Shown: one piece after another, positions 24,656 to 37,869 of the stretch
Position numbering within the stretch: the first letter of the stretch is position 1
How the letters are laid out: each line of letters starts with the position of its first letter
Source of the DNA: Heterodontus francisci
Lineage: Eukaryota
Direction: 5' to 3'
DNA length: 64,000 bases
Assembly: GCF_036365525.1 (NCBI RefSeq)
Contig: NC_090411.1
Coordinates: 33,450,804-33,514,803 of the forward strand
Notes under the pieces: generated by a model
What the model was told of the DNA's origin: nothing
Seen by the model: only the letters and a program-made list of their open reading frames with translations
The model's database searches: none
Position numbers and translations under genes: made by a program

Positions 24656-25697
24656 GAGTGGATATTTATACTGTACTCGTGTCTGTCTGTCTCTCTGTCT
24701 GATTGCAACTGAACTTAGGAAAGATCAGCCTCTCAGTTGCATTAACACTCAGCAAGGTTATATTGGCCTTGGAGGGAGTGCAGTTTCACCAGAATTACAC
24801 CCGGGTTAATAAGATTGATTATGAGGACAGCCTGTTGAGGATGGGCTTGTCGTCCCTTGAGTATGGAAGATTAAGTGGGCGTTACGTAATTGAAAGATGA
24901 TGAAAGGAAGTGATAGGGGAGATAGAAACTACTTCCTCTGGTGGGGGAGCTCCTGAAGATGAGGGAATAATTTTAAAATTAGAGCTAGGCCATTCAAGGA
25001 TGATGTCAGGAAGTTCTTTCTTTGTTCCCTGGATTACTAATTTCTAGGAACATTTCCCAACTTGCAGGTGGGGTCTCGGAATTCTCTGGGACTCCGCTAT
25101 ATCAGTAAAGCATGGTGGAACAGAAGACCTCGCCTGCTGCCCAAGGCAGGAGACCCTCCCCTGACCCAAATGTCAAGGGTGAGGGTCATTTGCGGCAGTG
25201 AGGGACTTCCTGTGACAGTGTGACTTTCCCCTTTAAGATCTCACACTCTTTGACACCCCCTCCCCCTTCCAATGAAAATAATCAAGCACAAAGTATCTTG
25301 ATTCACTTTTGGTGTCTCATGGTTTTGAATGATCTGTCTTGTTTTGCAAATTGTGAGAATGATGGGTTCGTTCAGGTTAGAAATTACAGAAATTAAGGGA
25401 TTTCTCATACCGAAACCCTCTCTCAAATAGCATTATCTTTGCTGTTTAAAATGTGGACAGTGAGCTTAGCCCAGGATGAAGGCACGTCATCAGTTTTTTT
25501 TTTGCTTTGCTCAAGTTTAAGTTTCCCTATTCCACGTCCTGCTGTCAATACACTGCCTATCAGAGTGTGTCATTATTGAGAAACGCAGCAGCCAGTGCTA
25601 ACAGTAGCCCCCTTGAGTGTGTTCCTGGCTTAGGGAATCAGCCTTGCAGGTCAACCCCTCTCTCCATGCTAGCCTTCAATTATGAGACAAAGCACAA

Positions 25698-25755
25698 ATT
25701 AGATACAGAGTAAAGCTCTCTCTACACTGTCCCAGGACAGGTACAGCACTGGGTT
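25698..25755 (+). repeat. ~65-70-bp repeat unit, left flank of Tx1
   Basis: ttagatacagagtaaagctctctctacactgtccc...caggacaggtacagcactgggtt. The same family occurs at 32221-32272(+) and as about two tandem units at 62873-63011(-). Confidence 0.75.
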
Positions 25756-26377
25756 GGCTGTTGCTTGATTGGAACTGCTGAGTTGATAACAAGGTTCAGC
25801 TGAGTGTGGCTGTCTGACTGCTGTGAGGAACACTGAGACTGAAAGGAAGGTTCTTCCATCTATTCCTGCCGACTAAAGAGGAAAACAAGAGGCCAAAAGA
25901 ACTGACAGTTCTTGTGGGTTTGGCTTTTTGAAGCCCTTTCATTGATTGTTGTGGGGAGGGGAAAAGAAGAGACCTTGGGTGGGTCTGTTTTGTTTGAACA
26001 GGGGACTCCTGTGTTTAACAGCATTGAATAGGAGCTCCCTCCCCACCCCAACGACCTAGTCTGGGATAGCTGGAGCTACCCAGGTGAACAGACTTTCTCT
26101 TTTCTGTTTTCCCTCAATACCGGTAGAAAAGTGTGACAGACTACAGCTGTCCCAAGTGAAGACATCGCACCCCCCCTCCCACCACCAACTGTAGACCAGC
26201 AAAAGGACTGCCTTAAAGTAACATCTACAAAGAGACTGGTTCCTTCTTACCTTCCTCTCCTTCAGTCTCTCTCCCTTGCCATAACCTCCAGCAGAGTATT
26301 TATGGGACCGTTTGTTATTTTTTTTTCCCTTTCTCTCAAAGTCTATTTTATTCAACGATGGGTGTGGCTCTTCCCCC

Positions 26378-28428
26378 ATGTCTTCACAGTCCTCTCCGGT
26401 GACGGGGTCTTCCTATGCTACAGCAGCTGCTCCTGTAGCCCCGTCACCATTTAAAATCTTGACATCAAAGCATGGGGTGAAGAGTTACACTACCCAACCA
26501 TGACTATTGAGGCATGCTTTAAGGCAATGGCTGAGGTTGTCGGCCCCTCAGCTATTGTCGCAGCCTCAAAGATGTATGGGTTTTTCCTGAAGACCGAGCT
26601 GGCGGTGGCCCTGGCCCTGAACAGGGGGCTCACAGTGGGTGGGACCTTCCTGCCAGTGGACCCTCTGGAAGCCACTGCACAGCATGTGATTTTATCCAAC
26701 GTCAAGCCCTTCATTCCTGATGGGCTCCTCCTCCCCCATCTACACCTTCTGGAGGAGTTGAGGTCAGGGATCACCCCAGTCCTGCTCGATCTTCGGGAGA
26801 ACAGCCTCTGATATGTCTACTCCTTCCGCCGCCAGCTATTCATGCTGCTGGCTCAGGAGGAGGTCACAGAAGGACATTTTGCTGTTGAATTCCAGGGGAC
26901 GGCCTACCGAGTCTTCTGGACCTCAGACGGGGCGCGGTGCCGTGCCTGCAAGGGAGTGGGGCATGTTCAAAAGAACTGTCCCAACCTCCCTGCTGCCAAC
27001 TCCACCTTGGTGGCCCAGGGTGGCGCCGCTGCACCTCCTCCCACTTCCCCTACACCTCCAACAGACACCGCTCAGGCGGTTCCAGAGGCTGTGGTTTTCA
27101 CGGCCTCTTTGGGGAGGGGAAATGCCTGTCCCGAGTGGAAGGAAGACACAGAGAAAGAATAAACACTGATAGGCGCGTCTCCTGGATACTGTGGCACAAC
27201 CCGAGCCTGAGCTGAGCCCAAGGCCCGATCCCGGGGAACCCATCTGCCCAGGGCTGGGCTCAGGCCCAGGGTAACCAAACAAGAGGAGGGTGCGGAGGCA
27301 GAGGCCTCTGATGGCATGGAGGTCTCTGAGCCTCCGCACCCTAGTGGGAAAAAGAGGAGAAGGCACCCCTCCACAAAGGTAACACAGGGCCTTGAGGGGC
27401 AGGGCCCCATTCTGCTGGAGGGGAGCTGTCTCCTGATTCAGGTCCCCAGGTTCCCCCTGCCACCACCACCATTGAAGCTGTAAAGCCTGGACAGGAGCTC
27501 CCTACCCCTCAGGTTGGAGGGGAGGGGGAGACCCCTGTACATGTGGCCCCTCCTGAGGGAACGAGTGGAGCCCTGCTTGTGGTGGGGAAGCCTGGGAAGT
27601 GCTCCTGGAGAAGCCTTCCCATCTTCCACTGGGTGGGGTGCCCTGAGTGGAGGGGAGGGCGAGGCCGTGAAGGGTCGTCCTTCCCATCCAAAATCTACTA
27701 CCAGCCAGGACATACCCGACCCAGTTACGGTTGAACATGCTGCCCTGTATGCTGGGCCTGTAGGCCCATGTGGGGCGGGAGATGGCCTCCTCTCTCTGTC
27801 TCTGACCTTGGCTCCGGCTGGATTTCCGGTGTCAGGAATTTCCATCTCCCTTGGGCTGCTCACTGGCCTGGGGATGGAGGTGGAGTGGGGGGTTCTGAAC
27901 CGCTGGCGCACATAGGCTCCAGTCAAATAGATGAAGCCAAAGAGGACTCCTCCGCCATCGATCCTGGGGGTGGGATCGTGACGGGGGCGGGACCAGCTGG
28001 CACAACCGTGACGTCTGCCCCACAGTGTGTGGTGGGTGTGTCGGCCGCTGGCGGTGACAACCCGGAGGAGGATGGGGACTCAGTGTGGGGCACGGAGAAC
28101 CATCGCCAGTGAGGCGGTGGACTCCCTTGTGCTTCCCACCAAGTCTCCTCTCATCCCCGCTGCGGAACTCCAGGACTTCCTTGCGGCATGCAGCGGTTGC
28201 CGCAATAAAGTTCAGCGGGCCCTTGGCCGGTGGTTGAGTTTGGCGCTGTTCATCCAGTCCATCCTTGCCACCCTCAAGAAGGCGGGGAAGCGCGCGGGTG
28301 TGAAACTGGTTGAGAGATGCTTGTTTAAAGCTTTCCTCTCTGGGTTGCTGGGGGAGTGGAAGGCGAGGTGCACTTCCGCTCCCTCCTCACAGTACGGTGC
28401 TGGTGACGGGTTTCTATGTACTTTTGAC
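26378..28428 (+). pseudogene. Tx1 ORF1 (RNA-binding, CCHC knuckle), disrupted
   Basis: Pieces in ORFs 26312-26503, 26500-26811 and 26842-27162, followed by a low-complexity Pro/Gly region. Confidence 0.75.
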
Positions 28429-31400
28429 ATGAAGATAACCATAGCCAGCCTCAACATCAACGGCAGCAGGGGATCTCACCTCAGATTTCACAATCTCTCA
28501 GTCCTCAGGGAAGGGAGATACGCAGTGAGCTTTCTGCAGGAAACCCACACCGTTCCAGGAAAGGAAGCCACCTGGCTCCTGGAGTGGCAGGGTGGGGTCT
28601 ACACGAGTCACCTCACTCCTATTTCTAGTGGGATGGCTATTTTATTGGTCCTGACTTTTCAGCCGGAGATCTTGGGGGTCAAGGACTTGTGCCAGGCCAT
28701 TTGCTCCACCTCGCCATTCACCTGGGTACCGCGCCGCTCCACTTTGTGAACATGTACGCACCCATGCCCGGTGCGTTGCAAGCGCGCTTCTTTGAAGAAG
28801 TGTCCACTCTCTTGAGTTCTAGCGATAGCGGCGAGTACATCATCCTCGGGGGTGGGGGAGGGGCTTTTAACTGTACCCGCGAGTTGAGGGATTGCTCCGG
28901 TCCCCAGCGTGGCCAAGCGTCGGTGGAGAAGTTGAGGGAACTGATCAGCTCCCTCGACTTGGTGGACATCTGGCAGAATCTCCATCCTGATTCCAGCACC
29001 TTCACATGGAGATCTGGAGGAGGAGGGTCCCGAATCGATCGCCTCTATATTTCACAGGCGTACGTCTCCCACGTCTTTGCGGCCTCCACGCAGCTGGTGC
29101 CATGCTCGGACCACCACCTGGTGTGGGCGGTGTTCACTCCACTCCGCACGCAGGTAGTGTCCGGGTACTGTCACTTTAACAATTGGCTGCTGGAGGACGA
29201 GCGATTTCAGAACTCGTTCCATCGATTCTAGGCCGACTGGAGAAGGAAGCAGGGGGTGCTTCCCCTCCTTGAGGCTGTGGTGGGATGCGGGCAAGATTTA
29301 CATCCGTGTCTTCTGTCAGGAGTATGCAAAGCAGTTAACCAAGAGGCAGGAAGTCGAGATCGGGTGCTTGGAAGGGAAGTGCTCGACATGGAGACCTGTC
29401 TCGGTCAGGACGTTGTGGACCCGGCCCTGTGGCAGGCGTACAAACAGAAGAAGGGTGCGCTGAGGGACCTGCAGCTCACCGGGTCCCGAGGCGCGTACGT
29501 GAGGTCGCGGATCCGGATCCTGGAAGAATTCGCCTGCGCCTCACCCTTCTTCTACTCACTGGAAAAATAGCAGGGGGTCTTTACGCAGCTCGTTGAGCTG
29601 CTGGCTGATGACGGATCCTCCATCACGTATCCGGAGGGAATGGGCTTCCTGGTTCGTACCTATGACAGTGCGTTGTTCTCTACAGATACGTTCAGCGAGG
29701 ATGCGCCCAGAGTTTTGTGGAAAGACCTGCCGAAGGTCAGCCCGGAGGTCACCGAAGGATTGGAGGCTCCACTCAAGTTGGCGGAGCTGACCTGCGCCCT
29801 CCACCAGCGCTCGAGGGGCAAATCCTCAGGGCTGGACGGGCTGACTGTGGAATTCCTCAGGGTGTTTTGGGGGGTCAATTACATGCAGGTCCTGGGGGAA
29901 AGCCTGATGACCAGGGAGATGCCCCTCTCATGGAGCAGGGCGGTCATCGTCCTGCTGCCGAAGAGGGGCAATCTCTGCCTGCTTTAGAATTGGCGTCCGG
30001 TCTCCCTTGTCAGCACGGATTGTAAGATCTTTGCCCGGGTTACCTGCCTGGGCTCTGTGCTGGCCCACACGATCCACCCCGACCAGTCCTACACGGTCCT
30101 GGACCACTCTAACCTGGACAACATCCGCCTGGTCCGGGACCTGATCCATCTTTCCCAGAAGGCTGGTCTGTCGGTTGCCTCTCTCTCCCTCGATCAGGAG
30201 AAGCCATTCGACAGGGTGGATCACAAATTTTTGGGGCTCTGCGCGCATTTTGTGGCCTGGGTCCGACTTTTATACTCCGTCACAGAGTGTCTAGTCAAGG
30301 TTAATGGGTCCTTGACGGCGCCCGTTCGCTTTGGGAGAGGAGTTCGCCAGGGATGCCCATGTCTGGCCAACTGTACACCATCTGCGTGGAGCCCTTCCTG
30401 TGCCTGCTTCGCAGGAGGTTGGCGGGATTGGCTCTGCATGGGCCGGGCATGCGCTCCGTCCTCTTGGCTTAAAACGATGACGTGCTCCTCACAGTCACAG
30501 ATCCTGTTGACTTGCGGAGGATGCGCGGGTGCCAGCAAACCTTTTCTGCCGCGTCCTCCGCGAGGATCAATTGGGAGAAATGTTCTGGTCTGCTGGTAGG
30601 TCAGTGGAGGGTGGACTCCCTGCCGGAGGAGTTAATACCTTTTGCATGGAGCACCACGCACCTCCTCTATCTGGGTGTCCACCGTAACCCCTCTGAGGAA
30701 GCCTAGCCAGCAAACTGGCAGGAGTTGGAGGTAAAGTCACCACTCAGCTGGGGAGCTGGACAGGACTGCTCCGAGTGCTTTCCTACAGGGGCCAAGCTGG
30801 TCATAAACCAACTGGTGGCTTTGATGCTGTGGTACCGGTTGGTCACTTTGGCCCCACCCCTTGCATTTGCCACCAAGATCCAGAAGAAGCTCGTTGATTT
30901 GTTCTGGGGCAAGAGGAAACACTGGATGTCTGACACAGTCCTAAGTCTCCCGATTGAGGAAGGCGGCCAGTCGCTGGTGTGCGTCCGCACCCAGGCTGCG
31001 GCTCTTCGCCTTCAGACCCTGCAGAGATACCTGTACATCGAGCGTCCTCCCAGATGGTGTGCGCTGGCGACGTATATTTTCCGCTGGGGCACTGCCTTCA
31101 AGATGACACCCAGCTCCCAGCGGTGAGCGTTAGCCCTGTCTCTCTGAGGGAGTTGCCTGTCTTTTACCGGAATCTGTTCAGAGCCTCGGCTGTCCGGGTG
31201 GCCGGCTCTGGGAACGGAACAATGGGCGGGGGAGTAGCTGAAGCCCCCGGGACACCCATCACTGCGGGTGACAAGGCAGCTCGGGAGAGTGGAGAGCTCC
31301 CGGCTGAGCTGATCTCCGCTCGGACGGAACTGCTCATTGGACCTGGGCCCCGAAACCCTCCTCGGGAGCCGGTCCCACACAACCTGAGCCGCCTCTCGCA

Positions 31401-32080
31401 AATGCCCTCCATGCCATTCCACAAGGCGTGGAGGGGCTTCCTGCACGGGCTGCTCCTGCACACTCTCCACTTCCTCGCCCTCGTCTGCCTCCCAGACACG
31501 CCGTGGCAGTTCGTGTTGTCATCTGGCGGTGGGGGGAAACCCCAGTGGAGGTCTCTCTGCACGGGAGTCCTCCCCCTTCACATTGGGTACCTGGGGTGGA
31601 GGGTACTGCACAGGGCAGTCCTGTGCAATAGACTTTTAAGCAGGTTCACGTACTCCCAGGTGGCCTGTAATTTCTGCGGCCTGGACGAGTCCGTGTTCCA
31701 TGCATATAAGGAATGTGCAAGGTTGCAGCCCCTGTTCGAGTATTTGAAGGGGCTGCTCCTCAGGTTTTGGTTGCACTTCAGCCCCACGCTCCTTATGTTT
31801 GGGCTCCCGGTGTGGAGGGGCATGGGCTGGGAGGAGAATCTCCTCGTTGGTCTGCTCCTGGGCCTGGCCAAGGTGGCAAATCACAGGTCCAGGCTGCGGG
31901 CCGTCAGGGGGGTCAGTCCGCCCTGATTGCCTGCCCCTCTTCCGAGGTTACGTTCGTGCCCAGGTGTCCCTGGAGAAGGAGCATGTGGTGTCTGCCGGTA
32001 CGCTTGAGGCCTTACGCGACCGGTGGGCACCGCAGGGACTGGAGTGCATCATCGATGCCGAGAATGGCATTTTAATTTGT
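28429..32080 (+). pseudogene. Tx1 ORF2 (APE endonuclease, RT, zinc finger), disrupted
   Basis: Motifs are spread over several frames, and the catalytic YxDD region reads TAA-AAC-GAT-GAC at ~30470. Confidence 0.85.
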
Positions 32081-32220
32081 GTTTTGTTTTCTTTATCTTT
32101 TTTTTAATAAAGTTATTTATTTAAAATGTATGTCAATGGGGCCTGGGGAATAAACGCCTCCTCAAGCAAAATAAAATCCTGGGGTAGGATTTTTTAAAAA
32201 AAGAAAAAAAGGAAAAAAGA

Positions 32221-32272
32221 ACGGGTTAGGCACAGAGTAAAGCTCCCTCTACACTGTCCCATCAAACACTCG
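32221..32272 (+). repeat. Same repeat unit, right flank of Tx1
   Basis: acgggttaggcacagagtaaagctccctctacactgtcccatcaaacactc. Confidence 0.75.
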
Positions 32273-32882
32273 ACATAATTCCAAGTAAAAACAGCATCAA
32301 AACAGAGTTGTGATGAAAGGTCACAGACCTGAAACATTAACTCTGCTTCTCTCTCCACAGATGCTGCCAGACCTGCTGAGTATTTCCAGCACTTTCTGTT
32401 TTTATTTCCGATTTCCAGCATCTGCCGTACTTTGCTTTTATAAATTCTAAGTATCCCTTTTTCTAAAGCAGCTGTTTTGATTTATAGACATGTGAGTTAG
32501 CCTAGCAGATGATTTTTGTATGGGACTCTGCCTGATGTGGACTCCCTGGAGCTCTGCTCTATTGACATTACAAGCACAGTCTAATGCTGATATATGTTGT
32601 TCATCATTGCTGCTCTCTCCCAAACAACCACCACGGCTCACCCATCCTGAGTAGGAGAGCCATGCGTTTGTACCTGATACTAGAGGCTTCAATTCATTTA
32701 TATTTTGCCACTCAAGTGTAATACACAGAAATGTATTAGCACAGGAACAGGAGGAGGCCATTCAGCCCTCAAACCTGATCCACCATTTGGTTCGATCATG
32801 GCTGATCTGTCTCTTAACTCCATCTGCCCACCTTGGTTTCATAAACTTTAATACCCTTGCCTAACAAAAATCGATCAATCCC

Positions 32883-33228
32883 AGTGGCGCAGTGGTTAGC
32901 ACTGCAGCCTCACAGCTCCAGCGACCCGGGTTCAATTCTGGGTACTGCCTGTGAGGAGTTTGCAAGTTCTCCCTGTGTCTGCGTGGGTTTCCTCCGGGTG
33001 CTCTGGTTTCCTCCCACATGCCAAAGACTTGCAGGTTGATAGGTTAATTGGTCATTATAAATTGCCCCTAGTATAGGTAGGTGGTAGGAGAATATAGGGA
33101 CAGGTGGGGATGTGGTAGGAATATGGGATTAGTGTAGGATTAGTATAAATGGGTGGTTGATGGTTGGCACAGCCTCGGTGGGCCGAAGGGCCTGTTTCAG
33201 TGCTGTATCTCGAAACTAAAACTAAACT
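32883..33228 (+). mobile_element. V-SINE (HE1-like), full length, inserted in a CR1 3' fragment
   Basis: Highly similar to 7999-8346. Confidence 0.85.
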
Positions 33229-36200
33229 TGTAGCCTCCACAGCCTTTTGCAGGAGAGAGTTCCAGATTTCCACTACCCTTTGTGTGAAGAAGTGCTTTCT
33301 GACATCACCCTTGAACAGCCTGGCTCTAATTTTAAGGTTATGTCCCCTCATTCTTGAGTTCCCAGTCAAAGCAAATTATTTCTCAGTATCTACTCTATCC
33401 AACCCTTTTAACAGTTTACCCCATTTCTAAACCAAATGGAATACCACCCAGTATTCTGCAGCCAGTCTTCCTAATTAAACCCTCTAAGCTCTGGTTTGAT
33501 ACCAGTAAAAAAAAAACAGGTTGACAGACAACTGCCATTCCAACCCTCTGGTTTCTTCCTCCTCCCGATCACTGTAACCTCCTCCAGCACTACAACTCTC
33601 CAGGATCTCTGTGCTGCCCCAACTTTGGTCTCTTGCACATCCCCCATTTTCATCGCCTCTCCATTGACCGTCGTGCCTCTGCTGCCTGGGCCCTAAGCTC
33701 TGGAATTCCCTCCCGAATTGTCTTCACTTCTCACTCCTCCTTTAATCACTCCTTAAAAAACTACCTCTTTTGACCCCAAGCTTTTGGTCACCTGTCCTAA
33801 TATCTCCTTATGTGAGTTGTTGCCAAATTTTGTTTGGGAATTTCTCCTGTGAAGTGCCTTGGGATGCTTTTTACTTTGTTCAAGGTGCTATATAAATGCA
33901 AGTTGTTGTTGGCGAGTCTTGACATCAATATTCATGAGCGGGAAACTTGGGCTGAAGCAGTTAGCAATTTTGCTTTGCATCTGGTTGCTTGACAGGTGTT
34001 GCAATGAGTGCTTTGTAAATATTTTTTAAAAGGCCATGGACCAACCCAAAGCTGCAAGTTTCCTCTTTGAAACCACAGGAAGTTGGCTGAATGTAGGGAC
34101 TGACGCTTTCAGTCACATTTCTGCACAAGAGGAAGTTTATTTTCTGCTGTTCAGCAAGCAGGAGTCCACACGCCTTCTGCTTGTCCAATTGTGCGCTCAT
34201 CATTGTTGGGTTTATTTTCAATACAGAGGTTGGGCTAAAATGAAAGGGTCAAAGTGTCGGGCCAACTGCAGGCAAATCTGAGCAGAAACCCTATTCTCAT
34301 CCCACAATTTTATTTTAATCAATATTGTTGGTGATGAAAAGGAAAATAAAAACGATAGGGGTTAGGATGCCCATTGCTTCTATGTTTCAATCAGGAAATG
34401 TCATCATATTTCCTTTCCGGTTTTATTAGAATCAAACCAGACAATAGTAGATGGCTGGGATTCTCTTACAAGCTGTAACATGCTCCAAAGAGTTTTAAGA
34501 TTAGTGGTGAGTGAGAGTACATCTCGAAATTCGCAAGTGTCAACTGTTTCCTCCCCTCCTCCCAAGAATGTTACACTTCATTTAACCTTTTAAACATTAT
34601 TGAAATCAATCGCCTTCAGGCTTCTCTGCCTCCTTACAGGCCATTCAGCCCCTCAAGCCTGTTCTGTCATTTAATTAGAGCATGGTTGATTGTACCTCAA
34701 CCCCATTTTCCAGTCTTTGCTGCATATCCCTCGATACCTTTCCCAACAAAAATCTATCAACATCAGTCTCGAAAGCTCCAATCGACCCCCCCCCCCCTCA
34801 GCATCCACAGCCTTTTGGAGCAGAGAGTGGCAGATTTCCAGTCCCCTTTGTGTGGAGAAGGCGCTCCCTAATTTCACTCCTAAATGGCCTGGTTCTAATT
34901 TTAAGTTTATGCTTGTTAGTTCTTGGTTCCCGCAACAGAGGAAATAGATTCTCTCTATCTACCCCATCACTTTAAACATCCTTGACCCTTCACATTTTTG
35001 AAAAAAACAAGGTGGCTGATCCACAAGCCCCTGTTCTTCATTTTCCAGTTGTCCCTATTCTTTTGAACCTATGTGGTGTCCTACACTTTAACACTTTCTA
35101 CCCAGTTTCTTAATAGCAAAATAAAACATGAGAATAATATAGGGAGGGAATTTCATGGGGCCTGGGCAGCTGGAGGCACGGCTGACAATAGTCGATTCGT
35201 TGGGAGGTGCGAGAGGGAGGATGCGGGTCAGGGGAATAGAGATCTAGGTGGAGGTGGTGGGGGCAGAGCGCAGTTTGTGGTGTTAGTGTTGGCCGCAGAG
35301 TTCAGGAAGAGTGCGCCATGGAGGGAATTAAACAGAAGTATGAGAATTTAAAATTTGAGGCTTTGGGGAGTGGGGGGAAAGGGGGCAGGGGACCAGGACG
35401 ACTGGGGTGATTAGGGTTGTCAGCTCTGCTTGGACGTATTCCTGGAGGTTTCATCACACGACCCCTCACCTCAAACTGCCCCACCTCCACACTCCTGCCA
35501 TTGGTCCATCCACCGGGTACTGCCTTCCCGCGGACAATTGGAAAGGGAACAGACTCTTTGTATTAATCTTGACTGTTAATGAAACAGCCTTTTCCCCCCA
35601 ATCTCTAATGATTTTTACAACTAATGAATGGAAATATTCAAAGAGAAGAAAAATAACACAATTTTTTTAATGCCCCGATGATTCTCCTTCCAGCTGTTGC
35701 AGTGTACTGGAGATTAATCTTCAATTCCTGGAGTCTTTGGGACAATCCCGGAGGATTGGGAACCCAAGGGGCAGGAATGGGTGATAGGGTCGTGAACCGA
35801 GGTAGGGTACAGGTAGCAGAGTTTTGGATGAGCTAACATTTACAGTTGGTGGAGGATGAGTGTCTGGCCCAGAATGGATTGACATCGTTAATTGCCTAGA
35901 GCCTCGAGGTGGTATTAATGCAACCTCTGAACCCTCAGGCAATTTCGGTACACCTCACACCTTTTGCTTTCATTCTCAATACTTTTGTCAGGTTAGACGA
36001 TCCCTTGGTTTCCATTCCCAGCCTGATAGTGCCACCATCTGTTCACAAATCAGAGTGCTGGAAATACACGTCAGGCTCAGTCTATATGTGAAGCATTAAA
36101 CATTAAGTTCTGTACATTTCCAGCACTTTAAGGTTTTATACATATTTTTCAAAATTTGCATTTTTTTTCTATTAAACAAATAGAAAGATTTACCTTTTTT

Positions 36201-37869
36201 TGATCATTGGTACATTGGGCCTTTTGCTCTGGAGTTCTCTCTCTGAACCTCTTTTAACCTCTGCACCTCCTTTATTAAAATCCTCCTTCAAATCTACACC
36301 TTTGGCCGAGCTTTTCATCACCTGTCCTAATGTCTCCCTATGTAGCTCGGTGTCAATTTTTGTCTGACAACTGCTCCTGTGAAGCGCGTTGGGACGTTTT
36401 GCTCTGATAAGGCGCTATATAAATGTAAGTTGTTGTTATTGCAGTCTCCATTATGCAACAAGGGGCTTCAGTCGAGAGGAAGATGATGCAAAGGTAAGAC
36501 TGCACCAAGTTCTGGCCTGGTGTTCACAGGTCTATCTCCTGATGGGTATTGAGTCAGGAAGCTGCACAGTCAGGTGGAAAATGCATGCTCCAAAATTTTT
36601 TCCATATAATTCCAATCTCTTGTGAATGAGTGGGATCTCAAAATGCGGAATATGGAGCAACTCCAAGAAAACTCAAGGGACTCACAAAGTTGGAGCCTCT
36701 GTATAAAATATGGCTTGTTGATATTTCCATGCCTTAAAGGGAATCAAGTGGCTCTTTCTGGATGGAGGAATTAATATGGCCTAAATGGTTTTTGCCATCT
36801 GTAACTATTGTATATCTTGTTTCCGACATGAGGTGTGTCAGCACTGTTGCCTCTGAGTCAGAAGATCGTGGGTTCAAATACCACTCCAGAGACACAGAAT
36901 CATTGAATGGTTACAGCACAGAAGGAGGCCATTCAGCCAGTCATGTACATGCTGGCTCTCTGCAAAAGCAACTCACCTAGTCTCACTCCCCTACTTTTCC
37001 CCATAACCCTGCAATTTGTTTTTAATATAGAATTATAAAATATAGACATGAGCACAAAAATCTACTGTCACTCCCTGTGCAGTACTGAGGGAGTGCTGCA
37101 CTGTCATAGGTGCCCTCTTTTGAATGAGATGTTAAACTGAGGCTCAGGCTGCCCTCTCAGGCGGACTCAAAATATTTTTAAGAAGACGGGAGGGGAGTTC
37201 TCCCTGGTGTCCTGGCCAATATTTATCCCTCAATCAACATCGCTAGAACAGATTATCTGGTTATTGTCACATTGTTGTTTGTGGGATCTTCCTGTGTGCA
37301 AACTGGTTGCTGCTTTTCCTACGTTATAACCGTGACCACTCTTCAAAAAGTACTTCATTGGCTGTGAAGCACATTTGGACCTGAGGTTGTGAAAGGCACT
37401 ATAAAATACTCACAAATCCCGGCTACTGATGTTTGACACCATGTTCCACGTGGTGTATAAAATAGCAAAAGCCTTTATTTACGTCAATGACTTCAAGAGG
37501 AAGTTGGATGGCCACTTGAGGGAAATGGACTTGCAGCACTACAGGGATCGAGCCGAGGAATGGGACTGATTGGATAACTCTGTGGAGAGCTGGCATGGAC
37601 TCAATGGGCCGAATGGCCTCCTCCTGGACTGCAAATGACTCTGTATGATATCAGAGGTCACGTGTGTATGGCAAGGCAAAGTGCACAAAAAGTATTCATC
37701 CAAATAAAAGGTGCTCTACAAATGTGAGCAATTTTAACCGAGAACATTTGCCTTTCTAAAATCAGGCAGATCTTATAAAAGTTAAAAAAAAACTTCAGGG
37801 GAAGAAAGACAAAAAACAATTTGAATTCTATTAAAAAAGGGACAAGGCCTGAAAAAAAATGGTCAGCTG

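Larger units (their letters stand above)
25756..32220 (+). mobile_element. Near-full-length Tx1-clade LINE (5' UTR, ORF1, ORF2, 3' UTR, A-tail), inactivated
   Basis: ORF1 from ~26378 (LTSKHGVK, VVGPSAIVAASKM, VILSNV, knuckle CRACKGVGHVQKNC). ORF2 from 28429 (MKITIASLNING, FLQETH, SRIDR, CSDH endonuclease; SLDQEKPFDRV and GVRQGCP RT; CNFCGLDESVFH finger). AATAAA at 32106, A-rich tail to 32220, many frameshifts and stops. Confidence 0.92.

Noticed and set aside
26813-31926. Many overlapping ORFs on both strands
   Set aside because: GC-rich Tx1 interior. These are frameshifted ORF1/ORF2 pieces or shadow frames.
34032-34135. Additional exon of the cryptic chain (AMDQPKAASFLF...)
   Set aside because: Weak AAG acceptor, no good GT donor, and open only in phase 0, so it does not fit the phase-2 series.
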